A DNA stretch of 64,000 nt, taken from the human T2T-CHM13v2.0 reference genome, Homo sapiens. The position numbers and the translations under genes are program-made. Positions 15,371-29,705 of this stretch are shown here, in pieces; the stretch's first letter is position 1, and each line of letters starts with the position of its first letter. The notes beneath the pieces are model-generated. The model had not been told where the DNA came from. It searched no databases and was given only the letters and a program-made list of their open reading frames with translations. The stretch is from NCBI RefSeq assembly GCF_009914755.1, contig NC_060927.1. One strand, given 5' to 3'.

Positions 15371-16849
15371 TTATTCAACCAGCAGCCCTTATGTGGTTCT
15401 GCTGTTTCGTACTCTAGTAGATACTTTGAGAGCTACAAAAATGTAAACGTGTGATTCTTGTCGTTGATGGATGACCTTACCTGTCAAGTGAAATGAGACA
15501 TGTTTTTGTTTTTGGTTATTTGCCATTTAAATGGATTTTAAAATCCTTCGTACTCACTCCAAAGTTATTGTTTTCTGCGTCTGGATTCTACCTTACTGCT
15601 TCTATAAAGTTGCATCTTTTCATCAAAATTATATATGGTACTGCTAAATGGGTTGGTGGAAATACTCATTGAAAAGAATATAATTATGACATAGATCATA
15701 TACATAGCTTCACATTAAGAAAAGGGTATTGAGTATTTGAAACACTTGACATTGTGTTTATAAATATCTACTCATCTAGTCCAGCACTGAAGAGTCATAT
15801 AAGTACTTAATTTCAGAGGTGAATCACAAGTGGCATTAAAAATGTATTTTTCTTGTTACCTGGGGCCTATACATTTAATGAGTTTAAATTATTCCTTTGG
15901 CCTCAACTCTGGTGGGTAACCTAATTCTAATACCATGGTGAATGGTTACTGTGACTACCCTGTTGCTAAGAAACCTGTTATGTTATCAGGTTGCCTTGGC
16001 GAAGTAACGGCTTCTTAGGACTCCTTAGCACCGCTGGGAGGTTGTTAATCAGAGCTGTGGAGGACCTTACAGAATTAGTTTCCAAGGTTATAACTAATTT
16101 TTCTTTAGGAAGAGAAATAAATCTAAGTCTGTAAAAACTGAAAGAAAACAAAGTCTAAATTATTTTCAGTTAAATCATGACCTTTAGTTATTTTAAAAAA
16201 AGTTTGATCTTGAGATAAAAACCTATTTTTACTAGTATTTTTACTAGTTACAAGGATCTATGTCTTGAATGGTGGCACCCCAACCCCCACCCCTCTTAAC
16301 TTAGCATTCCATTTTTGTTTGCTTAGAGTGATTCTTGGCAGGGTATTTGCAATGTATAGAAGAGTATTTGAACTGAGATCCCGAGGGAGAACACTGTGTG
16401 AAATTATTTTAGTCATTTGATATCAATTGCTCTTGCTATGAAATGATTGAACATTTTATTTTAAACAAATGGTACACTATGTAGCATTTTTTAAAATGCA
16501 CCACACTTGATACTGGGTCAATAATTCTGTTCAAGGCAGGAAGCTGGCTTTCACAAGCTTTGCTCCATGGCAAAAGGTTTCAGATGCTTAAAGCTCCACA
16601 ACACACGTTAAGAATCTGAGAAGTTGTGCTGCTGTTAATTTTGTGTAACTTAGCTCTCTTCCACATTGTTTTCTCTTTTTATCTCTATGCCTGGAGGTGC
16701 TTGTTTTCAGCAAATTACATTTTGAGAAACTCTGTTCTTGACTATTGTTTAGAGGTACAATGCAGAAGGGGTCATTCCCATTTGACACCATTCTCATTTG
16801 TAGCAGTACAGGTTAAGTCACAAGCCAGCCTGAGGAATAGGATGAGCTG

Positions 16850-17100
16850 TTCAATTACACAGGAGTGGGCACAGTTAAGAACCCAGGCTTTGGAATTCCA
16901 GTCAGAGTGCCTGGACCCAATTTTGGGTCTTCTGCCTCAAACTTTTTGACCTTAAATCAGTTACATAATGACACTAATCCTCAGTTTCCTCAACAGTAAA
17001 TGAGAGATAAAACCCTTTAGATTTCAAAGAGTTGTGTGGATTAAATGAGATTATATGAAATGCTTAGCATAATTTCTGGCACTTAATGTGAGCCTTTGTA
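16850..17100 (+). mobile_element. MIR
   Basis: cctcagtttcctcaacagtaaatgagagataa...gattaaatgaga...tgcttagca. Confidence 0.7.
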
Positions 17101-17285
17101 AATGTACAATGTTAATTATTATAGAGGACACTTTCTGGGGAGCTGTGAGTTGTTTCTTTAAATCTGAAAGGTTTAGGTACTTGGCATTTGATGAAGCCAC
17201 CCACACTAAAGCTTTTAATTGCTGGGAAGATTTTTCAGATTTTTAAATTTAATTTATTTTTAAATTTAACCTTAAATGTAAAAAC

Positions 17286-17562
17286 ATTTTTTTAGACACA
17301 GTGTCTTGCTCTGTTGCCCAGGCTGGAATTCAATGGTGTAATCATAGTTCATTGCAGCCTCGAACTTCCAGGTTCAAGGGGTCCTTCCCACCTCAGCCTC
17401 CCAAGTACCTGAGACTACAGGTGCCTACCACCATGCCCAGCTAATTTTTTTTTTTGTAGGGATGGGGGTCTTGCTCTGTTGCCTAGGCTGGTCTCAAACT
17501 CTTGGCCTGAAGGATCCTCCTGCCCTGACCTACCAAAGTACTGGGATTAGAGTCTCCCAGCC
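17286..17562 (-). mobile_element. AluJ
   Basis: Diverged dimer. Confidence 0.85.
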
Positions 17563-17989
17563 TTTAATATTTTATAATTTATTTCCATATGTCTTTTTCC
17601 TTGAGTTTAGAGTTGGACATTCTAAGTTTTAGCCCTAACTCTTGGTCTTTCTGGGACATCAGTTTTCTCATCTGTAAAATGGAGGTGGGAATTGGCTGAC
17701 ATTTCAGGTCACATTCTGTGATCTGACCCCTGGGAGAGCTTGGTGAAAGGTTCCCTTCTGATTGTATCCTGAATAGAAGAGGGAGGGTCTAGAGGTTAAG
17801 GACAGCCCTCAAAGTCTTGTAATGTTAGGATGAGCCACACAGATGATGGCACCTCACGTTTCGCTTTTTCTTGTCCAAAGAAGACAGCCGGAGCTCTCAG
17901 AGTAAGTGAGTTAATTAATGGGCAGTCTGTATTTGGGTTAAATATATGCTTTCGGTTATTACTTTTCTCTTTTTTAAAGAACAATTCTT

Positions 17990-19890
<1,901 letters not shown>

Positions 19891-19913
19891 GAACAGGAAG
19901 AAGAAGAAGAGCT

Positions 19914-20566
<653 letters not shown>

Positions 20567-20622
20567 AGAATATTTTATTTTTGAAAACACTATTGAACTT
20601 ACCAAGGAAAATGTTATGTATA

Positions 20623-21469
20623 CAGTTAAATCCTTTCTTAATGTCATCAATAGGTTCTTGGAAACTGCTATTTTAAGCAAAATGATGTATAATGAAACTA
20701 ATTTTACCATAGGCTAATTGATATAAATAGAATTAAATTCCTGTGGCATATTTTAGGCCCCCAAAACATCACCAAACTTCTAAACAAAGACCCCAAACAT
20801 TTCTAATGGTAAACATGGAAATAAATGTGAGCTATACACACATTTAAGAAAGATTGATAAAAACAAGGAAGACAATTATTTACCCAGTGAGTGAGTGACA
20901 GCAGTCATGGTGGTGGCAGGTTAAATTAAGGAATAAATGTTTGCGAAGTGAAAATTGTGAGGAACATCTCCTGCCACCACACAGTTTACAAACAAACAAT
21001 AAATATGGTGGGTTCTCTGCGCGCTTTTGTGTTTCGTGCATTTGTATGGTTACCATATACTTTACACATTTCTGTTTTACAATACTTTGTATTCATTCAT
21101 TCATTCATTCATTCATTCATTCTCTAACCCATTATTCCAGTTCAGTGTTGCGGGGGCCAGAGCCTATCCTGATATTACAAGGAACAGATGGAACCCACCC
21201 TGGACAGGATGTCATTCCATCACAGGGCACACTCAAACACATACCCACACTCACTTAGACTGGACAGTTTAGACACACCAGTGCACCTAATGTGCACATC
21301 TTTCAGATGTGAGAGGAAACTGGAGTACCTAGAGAAAACCCACACAGACATGAGGAGAAGAGAACGGGGAAACTCCACACAGAGGCCTTGGCCAGGAGTC
21401 AATTTTGTTTTCTCTTATCAATGTTATCATGAAATGATGTTGAATGAAACGTTATTCAAAGACCTGCTG
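20623..21469 (-). mobile_element. MER6 (TcMar-Tigger non-autonomous), near full length
   Basis: CAG...CTG termini, TA on both sides (20621-22, 21470-71), internal (TTCA)n and SINE-like core. Confidence 0.85.
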
Positions 21470-21473
21470 TATA

Positions 21474-21829
21474 CAGAAGGTCCCCAATGGTTAGACTTGT
21501 GATTTTTTGGCTTTATAATGGTGCAAATGTGATATGCATTTGGCAAAAACCATATGAGTACCCGTGCAAACCATTCTGTTTTTCACTTTCAGTACAGTAT
21601 TCAATAAATTACATGAGTTATTCAATACTTTATTATAAAATAGTGTTTATGTTAGATGCGTTCACCCAACTGTAGGCTAATGTAAGTGTTCTGAGTGTGT
21701 TTAAGCCAGGCTAGGCTAAGCTATGATGTTTGGTAGGTTAGGTGTATTAAATGCAATTTTGACAAGATATTTGCAACTTATGCTGGGTTTATCAGAATGT
21801 AACCCCCCTCTTAAGTGGAGGAGCATCTG
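21474..21829 (-). mobile_element. MER47A (TcMar-Tigger MITE)
   Basis: Minus strand starts CAGATGCTCCTCCACTTA; ~356 bp; TA on both sides. Confidence 0.8.
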
Positions 21830-22439
21830 TAATTGTTTTTGTCATTTGAGCCGTAGTTTAAACAAATGAATGCAATGGTATATTCCCTCAGATAAGTGAC
21901 CTAGCTTGAAAAATAAAACTGTACCTGAAAACTAGGTAAAAATGGATCTTGTTGTTTGGGAGGGGAAAGAGAATTTGAAGCGTTTTCTCAAAAGGGTACC
22001 CAGCACCCGAGTACCTTTCTTTTGTTTAATTTTTAACAAAAGAGCTATCTTTGTGGCAATTGTTTTCAATATCTCTGCCGTACACATATGTGGGCAGAAA
22101 GCTAGAGTTTGAATAACACTTGTTAATGGAAACCAACTTCTTTATGGATTTGTTTGAACAGTGGTTCAGAATTTTTATGCTTACTATCTTATTCCTGTTT
22201 GAATACTTGGCCAGCCATATTCTCAGAGCTCCCTGCCCCAGCCAGCCTCTCTAATGGCTCCTACGGTGAAGTTCTGTTAGCGCTTCCATTGGAAACCTAC
22301 CAGAATGGCTGGGTTCTGGCATGGTGCCCTCTCACGAAAGCTGCAGCCCCAGTGGGGGAAGCGCAGGGTGGAGTTTTTCCACCCTGCTTCTGGCTGCTCT
22401 CCAGACCCTGGAGTGTCTGTGAGGTTTTTTTTCCTCTTT

Positions 22440-22765
22440 TCTTTCTCCCATAACAACAAACAAACAATAACACTACTACTTGGACATATTAGGGACATGG
22501 GATATGCGTGCGTACGTGCGGTGGAGTGGGCCTTTTAGTTAGCTCCCCAGCAGTGTTCTTCTGCCACTGGGCTCTTTTGTTCAGTGTGACCTCATGAGAA
22601 GTGGTAGCAGTACTGTAAGCTCTAGAGGATTTCCCTATCATGGGCCTTTTATTTCCCTGTGGTTGTCTAAGCAAAGCAATGGGAATCTCCTGGTGGGTAT
22701 TAACTATCTTTCTAGACCATTCTTTGCACGAAATGCTGACTTAATGAGAGTCTGAGTCACCCTTA
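22440..22765. promoter_or_regulatory. Candidate intronic enhancer motif cluster
   Basis: Forkhead-like AAACAAACA (~22456), TGCGTG 22505-10, TACGTG 22513-18, kB-like 22626-35 and GGGAATCTCC 22681-90, TGCTGAC ~22734, TGAGTCA 22753-59. Motif matches only. Confidence 0.35.
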
Positions 22766-22849
22766 GCAATTTCTCCAACTCCAGACCATGGCGTGTTACA
22801 AGATGGCAGCTGTTTAGTGGATATCAGAATAGCCTTCATGTTTTCATGG

Positions 22850-23035
22850 CAGGGTTACCAGATTTAGGAAATAAATTTACGGGATGCCCAGTTAAAGTTG
22901 AATTTCAGATATACAGCATTTTTTTAGTGTAATTGTGTCCCATGCAGTACTTGGGATATGCTGGTATGAAAAGTTATTTGCTGTGTTTTTGAAATTCAAC
23001 TTTATCTGGGTGTGCTCTTTTATCTGGCAGCTCTA
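22850..23035 (+). mobile_element. MER53 palindromic DNA transposon
   Basis: cagggttaccagat...ttgaatttca...gtccca/tgggat...gaaattcaa...atctggcagctcta; long inverted symmetry. Confidence 0.85.
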
Positions 23036-23957
23036 CTTCGTGCATTTTTGCATGATGTAATAACTTGGATACATGTTGTACTTAGAATATTATGTATATA
23101 TGATTAGTTCCTAAAAAGTGACTGGCTTCACAAATAAACCCTTGAGTGCATGAAATTTTGAGCTCCTTAAAAGGCAACTGCAGTTGAGCTGGCAAATCAC
23201 ATATGCCAGATTTCCAGACTGAGTTGAGTCGGCCATCATGAGGCAGGAACTTGAAGTTACATCATCTAGAATTTCCCGGTACCCTTTTTTTCCTCCCTCT
23301 CTTTAATGACTCTTTATTTGTAAGTTAGAAATTTGGGCTAAGCATTCCCTGCAAAAAGGCGTCTTTCCTTTATTCATTGAAAAACACAGAAATCTTTAGT
23401 CTTAAGCAATACAGACTGGTCTGTATGAGGTTGTATTTGTGCATGTAGAAAGAAAAAGTAAGAATTTTATAAAGCCTTCTGCCTTGCTTTGGCTTTTTTT
23501 CGGCCAGTATTTCCTTTTGTGTATTCTACAAGAAGACCAGAGAACTACACATGATAGTAGTAAAGATCCCTCCCGTCCCCTGTTAGATACTTTCTGTCAT
23601 ATCCTTTGACACACTTGATTCAACTAACACCCCCTTGTAAGGGCAAGTGGTTATTCCTAATTTTGTAAGTTAGAAATTCTCCAAACGGAACAGTGTATTG
23701 GTCTCTTTCCCAAAGGATGCAAGATTTGTCTTCTTATAAAGTCTTAAGAATGGTCTCATTAACCATCTGTTATTGAATGAGTAGATTCCCGTGTAGACCC
23801 TTCTGTTCTCAGGGCGGTCATTCCACCTTCCCCTGAGTCTCTGGTCCATGACCCCTGGAAGAGATTGCCTGAAAGCACATTCATAATTTTGCTCCACATT
23901 CATGATTTGGCTTAAACAAAATTAAGAATTATTACTTGAGCCTTTTTAATAGTTTGC

Positions 23958-24125
23958 TGCGGGTGTGGCACACTTTTTCTGTAAAGGGCAAGATGGTAAA
24001 TAACATGCTTTGCAGACATACAGTCTCTGATGCATACTCTTTTACAACCCTTTAAAAATGTGACAACCATTTTTAGCTTGTGAGCTGTACCAAAGCCGGC
24101 CATGGGCTGGCAGTAGTTTTCCTGA
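23958..24125 (+). mobile_element. MER58-type hAT-Charlie fragment
   Basis: ggcacactttttctgtaaagggcaagatggtaaata...ccatttttagcttgtgagctgtac. Confidence 0.7.
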
Positions 24126-26464
24126 GTGTTTGTCCTTAAAAACATATTACATGGGGAGTTCTGTGGATTCTGAAATTTACCCATTATTTTCGATATATAT
24201 AGAAGTGGGAATGAATACTTAGCAATAAAAATATGTGACAAGCTGTGGGCACTCTAACATCCTGGAGGACATTGTCTCTCTCCCTGCCCCCCTTCCCCTG
24301 TGGCACTTACTCATATTTTTAAAAGGAGAATGTTGTAATTTCTTGTTAAAATTTTGGATTTTGTGTTAATGCTAAACAAAATGTCATTCTGATGGGTTTC
24401 TTTTGTCAGGTATGTAGGAGCAAGTGGTCAGATAGCAAATTCATGCCCAAAGGCGGGAGAAAGCAAGACAGGACATCGGTTTGTCTTCTCTTTGAATTTA
24501 TTTATTTATGACATTGAGGATTTGGTGAAATTTTGGTATAACAGAACATCCTAGCCAGTTTTTCTATCTTTCTGAGCCATCAATTCTTAAGAAACTGCAT
24601 AAGCATTTTATTTTGAAACCTTATGGGGAAGGATGTTACATTCACATAAGAATGAAACTCAATAGGAGGTTTGCCCTTTGATTTGCTTTATCTTTTCGCT
24701 GATTTTCTTTGAAAGATTATGCTTGGTGTTCTTCCAGATCGCAGTGGTAACAACAGGCAGGCTCCCAAAAGCACCTAAGGGGAGAGACATCCCATGAGAA
24801 TCCATCATACATTTCATACCTTTCCAGCTGCTGCTCTTAGTGATTGGTGTAAAGCCATTCAGGCACCCCTTGTCTTTTATTACACAATGAAATTGGGGTA
24901 TTTCCCGTCACTTTTTTTCCCTTCAGACTTTTACAAATGATTTTTGGGCCCGAATGTGATTGTGAATAGACAGACATAGCTTCTAAGAAAGCCGTTGGGA
25001 CCCACTGAATTGTGACTGTCAGACAAAGGCATTTTGTTTAGAAGGCTTGTCCCAAAGTGGTGTTGGAGTCTGAAAGAAGGGCCGCCAGCGTCTCGTTCTT
25101 TCTGCTGTGAACTAATAGGAAAGCTGATGTTTGCTGAGTGGATGGCTGTACTCACTGTCCAAACAGATCTGTGTTTGCCAACTGTGAACATATTGCTGCC
25201 TCTGTGAGGCACTCCATCATGCCTTGAATGGATCCTCTTGTGTTCAGAATTTTCTGACTCAAAGCGAGGGAGAGAGAAATATTTCTTTCAGACTTCAGCA
25301 TTCACTGTAGCATCCATAGTCTCATCAGACCTTTAGAAACCAAGCATGCACCGGAGACGCTTCTTAAGGAGAGTGAGAAAAGAGCAGAGAAAAAGGAATA
25401 AAGAGACAGCCCCATTGAAATGCCTTTATTCTGACCATTTGTGGCCAAGTTTTCATAAATAAACCAGGCTGCCTTGGCAAATAGAATTGTGAGAATATTT
25501 TTTATTTCTCCTGAGCAAAATAGAACTCTGAGTTTCCAACTCATGGTCCATTTCTGTGCATGTATACATACATGCACAGACAAAAATAAAAGCATAGAAT
25601 ACATTTATAATGTGTTATTAAATGGGTGACAGAGTTTTATTCCACCTGGATAATCCCTTAAGAAAAGGCTAATTGATACATATGAAGGAGTTTTGATTAC
25701 TTTATAAACTGTCTCTTAGTTTTAGGGTTACAAACCTATTGTATATGAAAGGGTGAAAATAAAGTGGGTTTTTTTGTTGTTGTCAGTTTAGTCACTTTCT
25801 ATAAGTTGACAGTAATAGTACCTTCTGGCAAAGTCTAGTATTCGCTGCATGAACTGCGGACAGAGCCCATGGAAAAGATGTGGCATTCCTTGCAATTACC
25901 CATTGTTTTGTGTGTTAAATTTCAGAAACCTTGGTTGAGTGGGTGGAAAAACAACATTGCTGATAATGAAACTCAGTGAGCACATGGCATGCACAGGACA
26001 CTTACCATTCTGGTCTGTGTTGCTTATTGAGTACATGTTCAACACTGAACAGCTTCACTCGGCATTGTAGTGGAAATGGAGAGAGACGGGAAGGACAGAA
26101 TGCTTTTGTGAGTGGAAAGGTAGATTTCTGTGTAGTTCTCTGCAGCAGTAAACCGTTGCCTGGCCTTAGTCAGTGAGAACTCAGTATTTATTTGCCTACC
26201 TGTAGTAAATGATTTTTTTGGCATATATAACCCATAAAAGTTTAAAACCAGAATTACCATCCCCCGCCCAGGCTACAGTATTTACCATTTGGTTGTCTGG
26301 GTATTCTTATCCAGGACTAACTGTACTCATGGAAAAATCTAGTTCTTTAAACTTACTGGAAATATAACAGGAATAGCAGGGACAGTTGGGGTAGGAGAGG
26401 GCCTGGCAACCATGGCTGCCATTGATGTAATAGTAATGATCTCAGCTAGCCCAGCTGGGAAGCC

Positions 26465-26650
26465 AACCATGTGCCAGGTACTCTTCTAAGTATTTTATAT
26501 ATGTTAACTAATTTCTTCCTCAGACAATCTTGTGAAATTGTTACCATTGCTTTCTTCATTTTACAGGTGAGGAAACCAAGGCACAGAGAAAGGTTTACTA
26601 ACATGCCTAGGATCTCACAACTAGTCATTTGTGGAGTGTGGAATTGAAGT
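26465..26650 (-). mobile_element. MIR
   Basis: atgtgccaggtact...cattttacaggtgaggaaaccaaggcacagaga. Confidence 0.75.
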
Positions 26651-27464
26651 TAGAGGAGGATGGCCCCAGTATCTGCCACAATTACTACAGCACTACGGTT
26701 GGCGAGGGAAGAAATCTGCATTCTCCTTGTAGAGTTTTCTATTTATCTTTCCTTTATTTCTTGGAGTATGTGTATCATATCATATGGTTTTGGAAAAGTG
26801 TCTGAAGGTCATCAAAATCTAAGTACTAGGAGGCTAAGATCAGAAAGATAATGCATTCTGTAGGTAAAGAAGTTTGCTCCTCTTTGTTTTTGTCACAGAA
26901 AGAAGTTCCACATTTAATTAATTCCTGGTTATTATTATTATAAATTGGTTGAATTACATTGTGGTCTAGTAGATAGGGCTGGGTAATACATTTTGTTCAG
27001 AACTTAATTGAGAGCTTGATTTTAAACTTAAAGTCAACCATTATGAGGTATCTTAGTATAAAATCAGGATATTTATATGTAGTTAGATGCTAATATAAAA
27101 ATATTCAATCATATTTCTTTATGATGATGGATTGAGCGGGGATATGTTTATATGTAAAGCTTGGAAGCAACATTTTTACAACCGTAGGGTAATAGTACTA
27201 TTGCCTAGTGTAAGTAGCTTTTCTCAAGAGACTATAGGGATGATTGAAATTGGCCAGTTTCAGATGATTTTTATAGGAGTAATGTTTATTGCAGCTCATT
27301 AATGCCATGTTTAATAGTTACTGGTTATCTGAAATGTTGCCCTGAGTGGAAAGGGGGTCATATGGTTCCATTGCTAGAGGATTGGACCTAAAATGGTTTT
27401 GCGTGAATAATGTTGTTTGTAAGTTATTTCTTGGGATCCTATCTCAAAGAAAGTGTACTTGAAA

Positions 27465-27747
27465 GGCCAGGCGCGGTGGCTTATGCCTGTAATCCCAGCA
27501 CTTTGGGAGGCCAAGGCTGGTGGATCACCTGAGCTCAGGAGTTTGAGACCAGCTTGGCCCACATGGCAAAACCCTGTCTCTACTAAAAATACAAAAATTA
27601 GCTGGGGGTGGTGGCGGGCGCCTGTAATCCCAGCTACTCAGGAAGCTGAGGCATGAGAATCACGTGAATCCAGAAGGCGGATGTTGCAAGGAGCCGAGAC
27701 TGCACCATTGCATTCCAGCCTGGGCAACAAGAGCGAAACTCCATCTC

Positions 27748-27775
<28 letters not shown>
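27465..27775 (+). mobile_element. AluS
   Basis: Dimer, long A tail. Confidence 0.95.
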
Positions 27776-27778
<3 letters not shown>

Positions 27779-28635
27779 TATTCTGGAGACTATATTTTAG
27801 AAAGTGAGTTATAAAAAAATAAAAATAGGTCACACTTTATTGTGATGTTTTATGCAGTTTGTATAAACACCGACTGACTGAACTTAAAATTTTTGCACAT
27901 TGTATTGACCACATGAAACCTATCAAGATGTTTTAGTATATTGGGTTTGCTATAAAACTAAAGTTTATTCAGGTTTCTTCTTTTGAGAGAGAGATTATGA
28001 CAAAAGAATAGCTTGGCTTTCTGCCCCAAGAATCTTTGTTTTGGCCTTTTTTGCCTTTGTTTTGCTTATTTTGTATGTATTGGACCTGTTTTTGCCTATT
28101 TTGAACCTGTTTTGGAGGGGCTACCAAACTGCCAAACCAAAGAGCTCATCACAGAAGAGGCAATTTCACACCCAGAGAATTGGTAGTCCCAACTTTCTGA
28201 ATGACACCTAAGATCATTACCTTAATTTTTTTATCTGCTAGTCAGTAATTTTCAACAGTCTTTTCTGCTTGGTTTAGGTTTAGTCTGTAAAAGGGAAACA
28301 GGATATTAATTTGCAAGAAAACCTGGAGAAATTGGAAAACTTCTGTTGGGTATTACTTTTGCCTGATACCTACTCAAAATTAGAAACAGAAATACCTTAT
28401 ATTATTAGCACTTTCTCCACAATCATTAATATTAAAAATACAATGGGTATCAAATAAATAACACAGTTTACAAGGAAAAAAGTGACCAAAGCACCCTGTG
28501 GATCAGATTTGACTACTTGCTGCTTTTGTGAACTTGTGCTTCACTCTGTGTTTCTGTTCTGTAGGTTTTGATAGGCTAGACTTCTCCAGATATATTAAAA
28601 CATGAATAATTTGGTAAATAGGCTGAGGTTTTATT

Positions 28636-28761
28636 GAGGTTTACCTGGGCTCAGGAGGGAGGACAGGTGTGCTGATTGGTCCATGGGCGGCCATGGGCGG
28701 GGCCTGGAAAAAGTATCATCCAATTGGCCAAAAGGCATCAAGGAGGTTCTCACTCCCAGTA

Positions 28762-28763
<2 letters not shown>
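28636..28763 (-). mobile_element. MER52 LTR fragment fused to the 5' end of an Alu
   Basis: 28646-28763 aligns to 30626-30742 with ~13 differences in ~118 nt (hand count). Confidence 0.85.
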
Positions 28764-29050
<287 letters not shown>

Positions 29051-29584
29051 GATAATTCAGTAAAATTAAAGGGTTGAAGTGTAGCTTAGTAAAACCTTAG
29101 CCTTAGCAATGCTTTCCCCAGTCTTTAGAGGGAAGATTTGTTTTTAATTTCCTTGTAAATTTCATTCTATAAAGTCCATGCTGGACAGCAGATTTGGTGA
29201 TTAAGATCTGAACCTTTATTTTTTTCTTTCCTATAGCTGACATTAGTAAGAATATAATATATTGTGATATGAACACCTGGGAAAGAAAAACCGAAGGTGT
29301 GATGAAGCACAAATTAAAGGAATCTGACATTTTCCCCCAACTCCTGGGGAACAATAGTAGTTTGAACTTTAATTTACTGTGCAGTTAGAGCAATTTAATA
29401 GATTAGGTGGACATGCTGTGTACTGTCAGAAATGGCTTTTTCAAAACATGAATAATAATACATATATTTATTTTGAGCCCTTCTCATATAGCCTTCTCCC
29501 AGAGGTTGAGCAGGTTAGGGGGCATGAGTATATCGAGAACAAATGGAGAAGACCGAATGTGTAGTTTTAGTGGACAATATGGTT

Positions 29585-29700
29585 TATTTTTATTATTTAT
29601 TTTTAAAGTTGCTATATAATCGTTGTACATATTGTTGGAGTACATGTGATATTTTGATACCTGTATACCATGTGTAATGATCAAATTCAGTTACTGTTGA
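29585..29700 (-). mobile_element. L1MA 3' end fragment
   Basis: ttgtacatatt...gagtacatgtgatattttgatac...tgtgtaatgatcaaat. Confidence 0.65.
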
Positions 29701-29705
29701 GTTAT

